IMG/VR virus record: IMGVR_UViG_3300025897_000012
Location: 1 to 64,000 of that record
DNA length: 64,000 nt
DNA from: a virus
Strand: one strand, 5' to 3'
The notes under the pieces were generated by a model. It saw only the letters and a list, made by a program, of their open reading frames with translations. It was not told the origin of the DNA and did not search any database. Positions 37,601-48,700 of the stretch are shown here, in pieces. The position numbers and the translations under genes are program-made. Each line of letters starts with the position of its first letter. Positions within the stretch are counted from its first letter, which is position 1.

Positions 37601-37629
37601 AGTATATACTAAAAAAAGCGATTTGTCAA
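37601..37629 (-). promoter_or_regulatory. sigma70-type promoter heading the GT/radical-SAM operon
   Basis: Minus strand TTGACA (37629-37624), 17 nt, TATACT (37606-37601). Confidence 0.8.
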
Positions 37630-37642
37630 TGGAATATGTGGC

Positions 37643-38659
37643 TTATGCTATGCCAGAACCAACAAATGCATATGTTGGAGTAACTATAGAAATTGGTCCA
37701 TTGCAACGGACTTGTGACATAGTAAGATCAATATCTAGATTTACAGTTTCGTCAGTAAATGGATCACCTGAGTCAGCATCTGTCCAACTAAATTTAAAAG
37801 TAATAACACCACTATTGTTGTGTTTGGCTTCTACTTTAATACTATTTTCTGCATATAAAGAATCTGATCCAAATTTTACTGCAATCTGTTGGTAACTAGT
37901 AGTCAAATCTTCCGATCCAAATCCTGCACCAACTGTAGCTGTACCTGTTGTAGTAGTAGCACTATTTTTAAATGTAATAGTGCCAAAATTAGATAGCATT
38001 GTTGCCCAATCTGCATCTTTAGTTCCTGAGCCGTTAGTTCCTGCTGTTGAAAATCTTATTTCTCCACCAGTATTAAAAAAGTGTCGTCTATGATCATCAC
38101 CTGTTGCTGTTACATTTGCGCCGGCATTATTTTTACAAACTGCTCCTCCTGCAAAAGATACATTTACCTCAGCAGTTAAAGATTGCCAACCGCCAGTATA
38201 AGATGCTCCGCCTGTTGCTGGAGTAATTTTAGATTCTAGCACTAAATGGCTAGCAAACACTTGTTCTGGATCTGCTTCAATAGCAGCAAATAGTCCACTA
38301 AAATCATTAACACCCTTATTAACATCAGGATTAACAATAGTAAAGGCATCACTAGCATCACGTAATACAGTACTACCTGTGCCTACATTTGATTCATCTG
38401 CACCAATTATGTTTCCAGTAATTATTTCGCCAACACTAGTTGATGTATTTAACTGGTGTGCATGGATTAAATTAAGATCTGTGCGTAATCCTGCCCATTG
38501 TGCGGCTGTAATATCAGTTGTTCCTACTATTGCTTGTCCAGTATTAGCCATAGCAACACCATATCCGCTTCTGCCGGAGCCAATACCTAGTATGGCATTA
38601 ACACGAGAAACATAATCATTATATTCTGTTGCTTCAACATTTCCGCCTACTGAAACCAT
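37643..38659 (-). CDS. virion structural protein (tail/baseplate-associated)
   Basis: G/T/S-rich; RRHFFNTGGEIRF shared with the next gene; GATAAATA on the minus strand at 38694-38701. Confidence 0.7.
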   Translation of the reverse strand: MVSVGGNVEATEYNDYVSRVNAILGIGSGRSGYGVAMANTGQAIVGTTDITAAQWAGLRTDLNLIHAHQLNTSTSVGEIITGNIIGADESNVGTGSTVLRDASDAFTIVNPDVNKGVNDFSGLFAAIEADPEQVFASHLVLESKITPATGGASYTGGWQSLTAEVNVSFAGGAVCKNNAGANVTATGDDHRRHFFNTGGEIRFSTAGTNGSGTKDADWATMLSNFGTITFKNSATTTTGTATVGAGFGSEDLTTSYQQIAVKFGSDSLYAENSIKVEAKHNNSGVITFKFSWTDADSGDPFTDETVNLDIDLTMSQVRCNGPISIVTPTYAFVGSGIA

Positions 38660-38725
38660 TAACTAGTAACCTCCATTATATTACGTTATAATGTATTTAT
38701 CGAATACATCATAGGCAACAAATTT

Positions 38726-39625
38726 TTACAGTTCAGAAGTGTTATTATAAATTGGGGATGGAATTGACACATATGTTCCTGAAGGACGTCTATGTGTAAT
38801 AGAACTTAAAATATCGCCCGATACGTTAGGATCGCCGCCACCATCAGCATTATCTTGAAATTGTATTTCAAACTCTATAATATTATCTGCTAGTGTTTTT
38901 GCGTTTACTGTATACATATTGTTAGCGTAATCGTATGCTGTTCCTAACTTATGGAATATTCTTTGTGAGGAAGATGTAAGTTCAAAATTGCCAATTGCTG
39001 TTGGAACGCCTGATCCACTTTGTGTAGTTGCATGAGACGCTATTGATATTGTTCCCATTGCTGCTAACATAGCAGCCCAATCTGAATCTTTGGCTCCTGA
39101 ACCATTTGATAAATTAGCTTGGAATCTAATTTGTCCGCCAGCATTAAAAAAATGCCGCCTTGCTTCAAAATTTGTAAATGTTACTGTAAATTTATGAATG
39201 ATTGTACCGTTCCATTCTGATACTCTAGTACTAGATAAAACTGCTTCAACTGAAGCTTGTGTATCATCACATAATTGTTTATCACCTTCAATATCGTTAA
39301 CCAACGCTAAGTAATCATTGATGCCTTTTGCTGTATCTGCAGCTCCGTCTTTATCTATAGACTCTGATGCACCAATTCTGTCTGTTGAAGCAATAGTTGA
39401 TAAAGTAGTTAAACTACCGGTTTGATGAGCTCTGCACTTATCAATATCTGATTTTAAATTTGTGAGGTGTAATGCTGTTATAACTGTATTTGCTGCAACA
39501 ATTGAACTGCTTAACGTTTGACCGTATCCTGTATCACTAAAGCCTTGGCCTAATACAGTTTCAATTCTACTTTGCAATCCATTAAATGTTGCGGCTGTGA
39601 TTACTTCTTGGGCGTTAACTGTCAT
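38726..39625 (-). CDS. virion structural protein, paralog of 37643..38659
   Basis: GYGQ, RRHFFNAGGQIRF, KDSDWAAML. Confidence 0.7.
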   Translation of the reverse strand: MTVNAQEVITAATFNGLQSRIETVLGQGFSDTGYGQTLSSSIVAANTVITALHLTNLKSDIDKCRAHQTGSLTTLSTIASTDRIGASESIDKDGAADTAKGINDYLALVNDIEGDKQLCDDTQASVEAVLSSTRVSEWNGTIIHKFTVTFTNFEARRHFFNAGGQIRFQANLSNGSGAKDSDWAAMLAAMGTISIASHATTQSGSGVPTAIGNFELTSSSQRIFHKLGTAYDYANNMYTVNAKTLADNIIEFEIQFQDNADGGGDPNVSGDILSSITHRRPSGTYVSIPSPIYNNTSEL

Positions 39626-39643
39626 AACAAGCTAATCCTATTT

Positions 39644-41170
39644 TTAAACTTTCAATACACATTCAACCAGCTTCTCACTTTCGTTATCATTAGACTCTAA
39701 TGCAATTCCTACAATACTTCGTCCTTCTGAATTAGCTGATTGACATACACCGTTTTCTCCTACATAAACAGGATCGCCTTTTACTACTGAACCTATAACA
39801 CGTACTGGAACTCTTCCTTTTAATCCAACAATTTGACCTTCACTATCAGCGTTCATAAGATATGCAGGCGAATCTGAAATTACACCAATACTTATATCTA
39901 CATCTGATGCTGGGTCAACTTCATGACTTGGATGTCTACAAATAGCCATTGCTGTTCCTACTGGATGTTCTTCAGCAGTAGTGTATTTTTCCGCTAAATC
40001 AGCATATTGTGCTTGTGTTGAAATACCAACAAAATAATTTGCTTTAAGTGAACCAGCTGGAATAGTTTGTGCATTAATAACTTCTGATGCAGCTGTTCTT
40101 GTTGCAACTGTACCATTAGCAATAGTCTCTGAACCTGCTCTATTAGTTCCATCTACAACTAAGTTTGTAGCTTTTTCTGCTAATCCTGTAAAGTTACTTG
40201 CATAAACATTACTAAACTGATGATCAACATTACCTAAAGTAACAGTTTCAGTTGAAACTCCATCACTAGCTAATCCTGGAATTACTGAGTTTGCTTGAAT
40301 TTTTAAAGTATTTTTAATAGAACCTAACGTGTCTTTTGCTCGGATAGTAATTAAACTACCTATTTCATTAGCAATAACTGCTTCGTTCCCGTTTTCAATT
40401 TTGATTCTAAAATCATTTGAGTCACCAACTGCAATACCAACATCTGCAAATTCTGCTAACTGTGTAAAGTTTGCATCACCAACTTGAATATATCCAGAAG
40501 CATCAACACCACCTAGTTTATCTGCATTAGATGCTGTTCCCCAATATCTAAAGTTTGTAGAAGTAACACCGCCTGTTGCATTAACAGTATTCTTAAGTGT
40601 CATACCTTGTTTAACAACATCAAACCCTGCTAAAGCATTTGTAGCATCTGTACTATCAATCGTAAATGCTTGATTAGATACAATCATTACAACTTCATCG
40701 TTAATAATAGCTTTTATTATTGAACGTGAAGCACCTGTATTATCGTTAATTGTATCACTCTTCCATTGTGTTAAAAGAGAGCCTGCATCTTGTGGACCAA
40801 CTAGTACAAAACTTGAACTGTTAAAAGCATAAAGCTGCTCGTTTACAGTATCCCACCAAAAGTCACCTTCTGTTAAGCCTGCTGGTTGTGTAGCACTTAC
40901 TTCTGCTCCACCTGTTGTACGGAACTTAGTTCCATCATAAAATTTTAATTTCTTCGTTGAACTATCAAACCAAATTTGCCCTGAAATTGCTTTAGGAGGT
41001 GCTGATGTTCCTGAAAAGTTTTCTAAAAGAAATACAAAGTTTTCGTTTTGTATTTCTCCGTATCCGGCATAATTTTTACCAACTAACTTTAAGTCGGTAG
41101 TTTGGTCAATGGTTCCATCTTCGACAACTGTAAGTTGAGAATTATTATATCTGTCAATTGTGTATGCCAT
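39644..41170 (-). CDS. tail fibre/spike with C-terminal autocleaving chaperone-like (peptidase G2-type) domain
   Basis: Shared N-domain (LVGKNYAGYGE..NENFVFLLENF); C-terminal YADLAEKY...LKGRVPVRV; GATAAATA at 41205-41212. Confidence 0.7.
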   Translation of the reverse strand: MAYTIDRYNNSQLTVVEDGTIDQTTDLKLVGKNYAGYGEIQNENFVFLLENFSGTSAPPKAISGQIWFDSSTKKLKFYDGTKFRTTGGAEVSATQPAGLTEGDFWWDTVNEQLYAFNSSSFVLVGPQDAGSLLTQWKSDTINDNTGASRSIIKAIINDEVVMIVSNQAFTIDSTDATNALAGFDVVKQGMTLKNTVNATGGVTSTNFRYWGTASNADKLGGVDASGYIQVGDANFTQLAEFADVGIAVGDSNDFRIKIENGNEAVIANEIGSLITIRAKDTLGSIKNTLKIQANSVIPGLASDGVSTETVTLGNVDHQFSNVYASNFTGLAEKATNLVVDGTNRAGSETIANGTVATRTAASEVINAQTIPAGSLKANYFVGISTQAQYADLAEKYTTAEEHPVGTAMAICRHPSHEVDPASDVDISIGVISDSPAYLMNADSEGQIVGLKGRVPVRVIGSVVKGDPVYVGENGVCQSANSEGRSIVGIALESNDNESEKLVECVLKV

Positions 41171-41216
41171 GTTTATCTAACCCCTATATGCATTATATTA
41201 ATAGTATTTATCAGCA

Positions 41217-43130
41217 TTACGGATAATTACTCGTGCTACCGTGTGACCAAGAAGTTCCATTACTAGTAAAAGTCATAGTATATCTTGTTGGTGTAATTGT
41301 TGCTGAACCTGACACTCCAGCGGCATCTACTGCAAGATCCTGCATTACTGATGTGGAAGATGATACATTGTCTTTATCTACTGCTATATAGGACTTATTT
41401 AAAGCCCCTGCAAGCAATCCTTGGCTAATATTAATACTTGCACCTGCATAGTTTGTGCAATGTACAGTAGCTATTGCTCCATTTTTTGTATTTGCAGGAT
41501 ATAAAGTTTGTAAAACTGCAATTACATCAGCTGTTGGTCCATTACCTGTACCTGCTGAGTTTGGATTTGAAAATCCAGTAATATCTAGTGAAAATCCAAC
41601 ATTTTCTGCATCAATAGTTATATCAACATAATTTTTTGTTGCAACACCTTGTGGATCTGTTGGATCAGTTACTCCAGTAATCTTTTGTGTATTTACTGCT
41701 ATGTCGCCTGATGATACAATATTAAGGCCACCGCCAGTAATAGTAATAGTTGATCCGTCAAACCCTAAATTATCAATATTTAGACTTCCTAAAGTACCAA
41801 TATTAACTAATCCTGTTGCTGTTGTTACTGTTGATGCTAGTTCTGTCTTACTTAAAACTGTTATGCCATCAATTTTAAAAGAAGGATCAGGATTAATTTC
41901 ATTTGTAATTAAATCAATATTTTGATTAAAAGTCCAACTATTTGTTGCATCAAACCATATAATATCTTTACTGCCTTGTGACGAAGATAAAGTTATACCT
42001 CCTCCGTCGATAGCAGCATCGTTACCTTCTGTACTATCACCTTGCAATCCTAATTGTATATTTTTATCTTCTACTCGTAAAGTTGTAGTATCTAAATATG
42101 TTGTATCACCCGATACAAGTAAGTTTCCACCTACTGTTACGTTTCCAGAAAATTTTCCTGCTCCAGTAACGTCTAATTCAACTGTTGGATTATCAGTAAA
42201 TACACCAACTCTTTCGTTAGTTGCATCAACAACTATACCTGAAATATATGCGTTACCTTTTCTTACTTTTAAATTAATATCTGTGTCAGCTTGTTGTGCT
42301 TCTATTTCTAATTGGTTAGTACCTGAATTAACTTTTAAAATTCCATATTCAATATCACCAACACCAACTGCTAATCCTGCTTGGTTCTTAATTGAAAGTT
42401 TACCAGTAGTTTGAGTTGCACCTACTGCACTCATAAAACTAGTTGTGTTAAATTTAGTACCACCTGCATCAATTAAGTTTTCTGCTGATTCTGCAATTCC
42501 TAAATACTTAAAGTCTGTAGCAATAGGATTAAATCCTTTTTTGTATAATTGTCTTTTAGGTGTTTGTGTATCATTAACATCTTGTGGATAACCTGGAATG
42601 CCGTTTACAAGTTCAACATAAAATTGACTGTCTGCAAATACGCCTACTAATTGACCGCCTATAAATAATTTTAATGCTGTGCGTGTTACGTTTACTGAGT
42701 CAATAACTGATTGTACTTCAAAACCTGTTTTTTGTTGTCCTGCTTGATACGGTGGTCCAGCTAATACTAAATCTGTTCCGTCAAAAAAGTATAACTGATT
42801 ATTTTTACTATCTATCCAGAGATCGCCTGCAACCATTGTAGGTTGTGTTGTAGAAACAATAGGCCCGCCTGCTGATTTAAAAGCAGTACCGTTATAAATT
42901 TTTAAACGTTGTTCGGTTGAATCAAACCAAAGTTGTCCTGTAATTGGTGTACTAGGAGCTGTTGTATTTGAAAAGTTTTCTAAAAGTTTTACAAAGTTTT
43001 CATTAACAGCTTCACCAAATCCTGTATAGTTTCTACCTACAAGTGTTAGACTTGACGATGTTACATCAATTTGACCATCTACTAAATCTACTAGTAAGTC
43101 ACCGTTAGCTTTATTAATTCTATAACTCAT
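41217..43130 (-). CDS. tail fibre protein
   Basis: Same N-domain (LVGRNYTGFGE..NENFVKLLENF, GQLWFD); fibre repeats (DPTDPQGVATKNYVD). Confidence 0.75.
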   Translation of the reverse strand: MSYRINKANGDLLVDLVDGQIDVTSSSLTLVGRNYTGFGEAVNENFVKLLENFSNTTAPSTPITGQLWFDSTEQRLKIYNGTAFKSAGGPIVSTTQPTMVAGDLWIDSKNNQLYFFDGTDLVLAGPPYQAGQQKTGFEVQSVIDSVNVTRTALKLFIGGQLVGVFADSQFYVELVNGIPGYPQDVNDTQTPKRQLYKKGFNPIATDFKYLGIAESAENLIDAGGTKFNTTSFMSAVGATQTTGKLSIKNQAGLAVGVGDIEYGILKVNSGTNQLEIEAQQADTDINLKVRKGNAYISGIVVDATNERVGVFTDNPTVELDVTGAGKFSGNVTVGGNLLVSGDTTYLDTTTLRVEDKNIQLGLQGDSTEGNDAAIDGGGITLSSSQGSKDIIWFDATNSWTFNQNIDLITNEINPDPSFKIDGITVLSKTELASTVTTATGLVNIGTLGSLNIDNLGFDGSTITITGGGLNIVSSGDIAVNTQKITGVTDPTDPQGVATKNYVDITIDAENVGFSLDITGFSNPNSAGTGNGPTADVIAVLQTLYPANTKNGAIATVHCTNYAGASINISQGLLAGALNKSYIAVDKDNVSSSTSVMQDLAVDAAGVSGSATITPTRYTMTFTSNGTSWSHGSTSNYP

Positions 43131-45154
43131 TACGTACTCCTACCAGTGTATATGATATAGTTAATTATCAAATGTGGATTCATTAAATTCAAAGGTTGTC
43201 CAACAGCAGAATCAGATTCAATTCCGCCACTGTTTGGTAGATACTGTCCACCATTTGTTGCTGTAGGTCCGTCACCTCTAAATGCTCCTGTATCCGTTGT
43301 TGGAGCAGCTAAATCGTTAATAGCATAAAACTGTGTTAATGCATCGCCTTTTAAATCGTGTTTGTGATCTGGTAAGTTAGTAACAGCAATATCTGTTTTT
43401 TCTTGTCCGTCTTGTGAACCTATAATATCTGCTGATTCATCTGTAATAACATTAGCACTAGTTCCGCCCATATTATCTTTACCAACAGTAGTTCTACCTC
43501 TTAAATCAGGAACTTTAAAAAACCCTGTTGTTACTGATGCTTCAGCACCAAAGTTATATCCAATTGCTGTAAACAAAGCAGTATAATCAGAAATTCTATA
43601 TTCTGAACCATCACATAATAACCAATCTTGTGGTGATGCTGTGCCGCCGTAAGCCATCATTACTCCTGCAGGGTTAGTTGCTACAGAGGAAAATAAATTT
43701 GCTCTTGAAATTTTAGCTAAGCCAGTTGCACCTGTTACTCTGTTTAGTAAAAATTCATCATCAGCTTGTGATGCTACTGTTGCACTTTTACCACCAATAA
43801 TTGTATTACTAATTGTAGCATTAAATATCTTAGTTGATCCGCCAGTTTGTCCGTCAAATGTAAATGCTGGTGCAGTAACGTCTCCTGACAGTTGAAAATT
43901 AGTTGCAGTAGTTAACTTATCTGCAGATCCTGCTCTACCTGATACTGTACCACTTACATTTCCTACAAGGTTTCCAGTAAATGCTGTTGAATAAATATTC
44001 TTCCATTTAACAGCAGCAGTTCCTAAATTATACGTATTATGAGCAGTTGGCATTAAATCGCTTAGTGTTGACGTTCCTGCAACGTTTAAAGTACCACCTG
44101 TGTAAACATTCTTAGCAACTCCAAGTCCACCTTTTGTTACTATAGAACCTGTACCTATAGTTTCACTTTGTGTAGTTGAGTCTATAGCCGCTGTTCCACT
44201 AGCTTTTATGTTGCCTGTAATATCTAAAGCTTCATCTGGAGCAGTATTATTAATACCAACTCTTAAATTAGAATCAACTCTTAAAACTGTTGTTAATATG
44301 CCATTATTTTTTACACGAACATCAATATTAGAACCTTCAATTTGATGTTGTATAACTCCAGCTGATCCTTCAATACCAATATTTAATTCAGCATTAACAC
44401 CGTAATTGATTCCTGTGTTGTTTTGAACATTAATAGGATAGTTTGTTGTACTAGTAACATCTGATCTTAAAAAGTTTGCTGCAGGAATAGCTGACCCTGC
44501 AACTATTAAACTTTCTGATTTTTCACTAGTTCCTCTGTATTTTAAGAATCCAGCGCCAGTAATATCAACGCTACTTAAATTAACTCCTGGTGATATTGTT
44601 GAAAATCCAGGAATAGCTGTCTTTGGTGTAAATGCGTGTGTTGAAATTATTGCAGCTGGCTTTGATAAAACATCAAGTTGTATAACTGTATAAGATACGT
44701 TATCGGTACCAACAATAGTTGCTGGGGTTACTCCGGTTGATAAACCATCACTAAATTCTGGACCAATTAAGATCCAGCCAGATCCTGAAAACAAATATAG
44801 TTGCTGATTATCTGTATCTACCCAAAGATCACCTAACTGTGAAGTTGATACGTCAGGAGCAGAAACTGCTTTTTTAATACCTGCCGCTGATACCCAATTA
44901 GTTCCGTCAAATACTTTTAGTGTTTCTGCACCTCCTGTATTGTCGTACCATAGTTGTCCTTCTATACCATTACTTGGCGCTGTATTAAAAGCAAAGTTTT
45001 CTAATAGATGTAAAAAGTTTGTTGCAATAGCAGACCCATATGCTGTAGTATTTCTACCCGGAATCTGTAACGTTGTACTAGTATTTAAAGAATTATCTTC
45101 TACTACTATAGTACCTTTATTTGCAGCGTCTGTATATGATATAGTATAAGCCAT
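43130..45154 (-). CDS. tail fibre protein with tail-collar domain (gp12-like)
   Basis: PAGVMMAYGG...WLLCDGS...FKVPDLRGR, LPDHKH, NYIIY. Confidence 0.85.
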   Translation of the reverse strand: MAYTISYTDAANKGTIVVEDNSLNTSTTLQIPGRNTTAYGSAIATNFLHLLENFAFNTAPSNGIEGQLWYDNTGGAETLKVFDGTNWVSAAGIKKAVSAPDVSTSQLGDLWVDTDNQQLYLFSGSGWILIGPEFSDGLSTGVTPATIVGTDNVSYTVIQLDVLSKPAAIISTHAFTPKTAIPGFSTISPGVNLSSVDITGAGFLKYRGTSEKSESLIVAGSAIPAANFLRSDVTSTTNYPINVQNNTGINYGVNAELNIGIEGSAGVIQHQIEGSNIDVRVKNNGILTTVLRVDSNLRVGINNTAPDEALDITGNIKASGTAAIDSTTQSETIGTGSIVTKGGLGVAKNVYTGGTLNVAGTSTLSDLMPTAHNTYNLGTAAVKWKNIYSTAFTGNLVGNVSGTVSGRAGSADKLTTATNFQLSGDVTAPAFTFDGQTGGSTKIFNATISNTIIGGKSATVASQADDEFLLNRVTGATGLAKISRANLFSSVATNPAGVMMAYGGTASPQDWLLCDGSEYRISDYTALFTAIGYNFGAEASVTTGFFKVPDLRGRTTVGKDNMGGTSANVITDESADIIGSQDGQEKTDIAVTNLPDHKHDLKGDALTQFYAINDLAAPTTDTGAFRGDGPTATNGGQYLPNSGGIESDSAVGQPLNLMNPHLIINYIIYTGRST

Positions 45155-45158
45155 CTAT

Positions 45159-45773
45159 TTACGCCTCATTAAACCCAGTTAAACTTTGAATTCTAACTGT
45201 ATAATCTATTTGTATAAGTCTGTTAAGTGATTTTTGTACTGGATGAAAAATAACATGAGTAAGTAATCTTCCAGTTCCGTCTGCGGAATAGGCTTTTAAT
45301 CCTAATTCATCAAAAACATATAAACTTGAACCATCTGTAGCAGTATCGTAAGCATCTTGCCCACTAGGTTCGCTATAATCAAGTAAACATGTAACTAATA
45401 CATCTGTATAGTTTGTGCCACTTACATGTCTTGTTTCTATTTTATTTCTTACAGGATCTAAATTGTTTACACTTCTATCATCAACTACTTTTGTATGAGT
45501 TTGATTGTATAAACTTGCATTTGTTCCTGTTGAATTTGGTGTTAAGTAAGTAATAATACCTGTTGGGTCAACGCTAGTGCCACCGTTACCAAAACTCATT
45601 TCATAAATCCAACCTGCGCCACCGTTACCAATACTTTCTGCAAGGCTTAAACTCATGTTTTCATAATGAATTGCATTACGCTTATCAACAAACGTATGAT
45701 TTGATTCTGGATCGTGGATCTTGATATGTCCTTGTATCAAAACTCCGCTCATATCATTTAATTTGTCTGTCAT
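45159..45773 (-). CDS. baseplate/tail-associated structural protein
   Basis: Start revised to the ATG at 45773 (MTDKL); FDELGL...LLTHVIFHPVQKS; GATAAATA at 45793-45800. Confidence 0.7.
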   Translation of the reverse strand: MTDKLNDMSGVLIQGHIKIHDPESNHTFVDKRNAIHYENMSLSLAESIGNGGAGWIYEMSFGNGGTSVDPTGIITYLTPNSTGTNASLYNQTHTKVVDDRSVNNLDPVRNKIETRHVSGTNYTDVLVTCLLDYSEPSGQDAYDTATDGSSLYVFDELGLKAYSADGTGRLLTHVIFHPVQKSLNRLIQIDYTVRIQSLTGFNEA

Positions 45774-45795
45774 ATTTTTTTTCCTGTCATTGTAT

Positions 45796-48700
45796 TTATC
45801 GAGGTAGGTCAACACTTGTAGCTCGTAAGAATCTACCTATATCAGTATCTGCTTGGCTAAGTGCTATACCTGGATCTGTCCATTGTTTTCCTTGTTTTCT
45901 TATTATAATAACCTTTTGATTTTCGCCTGGCGTAGTTAATAACGATAATGTACTACCTAAAATTGAAAATTCTGCTGGTAATATTTCGTCACCTTCTGGG
46001 CTATCTTGGGCTATACTGCTTGTTTTTACACCATTTATAGTAGTTTCAAACTTATAAGAAGAAATTGAATTTTTTCTTAATCTCTTTCCTGCTACAAATA
46101 CATCAAACTCGTTAACTCCGCCTGTTCCTGGTGTAAAGTCTAAATCAAACGTAGAACTTGTGCCGTCTGCTGTAAATACTGTACTAATTGTTTCATCTTT
46201 ATATGGTATTGATGCATTAATACTTTGATCATATACTTCTGTACCACTTGTATGCAAATCATTTACTCCTGTACCTAACGTACCTCTTTGTAACTGTTTA
46301 AGTAAATTTCCTTCTTTAATTCTATACTCAATTCTTTCACCGTTAACAAATATAATTCCTGGATACTCTGATCCTGCTGTTGGATCAGTTATTCCACTAG
46401 CGTCAACTAATTCTATTGTTTTATCGTAAGGTGTTAAATCTTTTCCAAGAATATAGTTTTTATCTCCATCTATTCTCTTGTAATGTGTTCTGTTAAGCAT
46501 ATCCTTAAATTGTCTAAATCCAAATTTAGTAATTACTGTTGGATTACCAAAATGTAATACTTCTATTCTATCACCTTGGTTTAAAGGACTTACTAATTTA
46601 ATAAAATTCTTGTCTGTAGTAACACTATAGTCTACATCTGCAAGTAAAAGTTTGTTATTTAATATTACCCAAACATATTTAGAATCAACTGCTGGACTTC
46701 TTAATTTAAATAATCCTGCACGTAAATTATTTAAGAAATAGTATTCAGGTGTACCTTTTGTAATTGGTGTATTCTCTTGGACTTGATAAGATTCTCTTTC
46801 AAATTTTTGAGCTGTACTATTACTAAACTGATAAACTTTCATTCTAGTTCCAATTGGCCTATCTACTTCAAAAGAACAAATAGTTGGCGTTGGAACAAAT
46901 ACGTTTGATGAATCACCTTGTTGTTCAAAGTAACCAAATCTATATTGACTTTCAGTAATAATGTATACTAATAACGTATCTCCAGCTACACCAATGTTAT
47001 CTGAAAGTTTTACTGTGTTGCCTTTTTGTTGATCTAAAGGCGTATCACTATCAAATGCTTCAGCTGATGTAAATGTCCAGTCTGTTGCATACTCTAACAT
47101 TCTACCATTTAGGTAAACTTGAATCTGTGAACTTTGTACTAATGCAATAGGTATTTGCCAAAGGTCTAATTTATAATCTCTTGCTGACGAAACCGTAAAC
47201 TGCTGATTAAACCCAGAATGTAAAATATCATCTCCTATTTGTACAAGTGTGTGTATGCCTGCAGGACCGTATGAGAAAGGTGCTTGACTTAATACAAGTG
47301 TATCGTTTCCTTGTGGAGTTGTAGCAATAAATTCATCTACTACTACTTGACTAAATGAATCTAATTCAGATCCGTCACCAATAAACAATGCAAATCTAAC
47401 AACGTCTCCTGCCTTTAACGGAGAAGCTAATACTAGTTCAACATTGTTTGGATGCGATCCTGTACTTTTTACAAATACAGATTCTAATTTTTTACCATCA
47501 CATGTTGCAATACCTTGAACATTATCAGTCCATCGTACATTTGTTTCAAAGCTATTTGAACTGCCATCACTTACAAAACTATCTATATCTAAAATTTGCA
47601 AGCCTGCTACTTCAACAAGTGTTAAATTAATTTTAGAACCTTCTGCTGGTGCAACTTCAAAGTCTACAGTTTTATTAACATAGTTTACTGTATAACCTAA
47701 AGTTGAATCATCTGTAGTAGGTTCAAGTATATCAGAGCCTACTTTTACAAATAATGAACTTCCAGTAAATGGCGTCTTTCCTAAATCAAACGATTTAGTA
47801 GATCCATCACCATTATAATTTCTATTTACAACTATACTACTTCCGCCAACTGGTCTTTCAAAAACACTTATATCAACAGAGTCTAAAACTTGTCCTGGAA
47901 CGATTTCTTCAGGACCTTTGCTTGTAGTAGGAGTAACAAACCCGTCACCGTCTACAGTAATATCTTCTGACTTTAAACCTGTAGCTGAATTGTAAGCAAG
48001 TGTGCCGCCAACTATTGAAGTATCATAACTTTCAGGGTCGTTAATAAAACTACCATCACTTGTTTCTTTTCTTACAATAATTGTATCATCAACTTGAGTT
48101 GGTACTTCTAACTCTTGTAATTCTATAACTGTAGTTGTGCCGTCACCAGTAATGCTTTGCATTATTGCATTAGGATTTTTTACTAGTGCTGAATCGTATC
48201 CTGGTTCTGGTGCCCAGTTTGGATCGTCTAATCTTATACCGTTTCGATATAAATTATAAACTACTCCATTTTCTAAAGGCTTGCTTAACGTAATACTTAT
48301 TGTACTGCCATCAAGTTTGAATACTTCATCTTCGTATGTAGTATCGTATGTATCCCAGGTATCAGTATACCAAGGAGCTGAGTCCCAACCAGTGTTACCT
48401 CCAAATTCAAAACTTTTTACTTCTACTCCGCCGTAATCAATACCGTCCATAACTTGTGATAAATCATTACCAAACTGTCCAGCAATTGGATTGTATGATA
48501 AGTTAACTCTATCTGCTGCTGTTAGATATTCAATTGGTTTTTTATATTTTATTACTATAGAAGAATTACTTGCTGGTGGTTTAGTAAATGTAACTCTACC
48601 AAAATATCTATCATATCCTTTTGTAGTATCTTTTATATTTTCATATGTATATTCACTTTGTAAAGAAAGTTCACCTGCAATAGTTATTTCTACAGTATTT

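Noticed and set aside
45774-45815. Upstream TTG start for the 218-aa ORF
   Set aside because: It overlaps the giant gene's end; the ATG at 45773 has an AGGA RBS and an upstream late motif.
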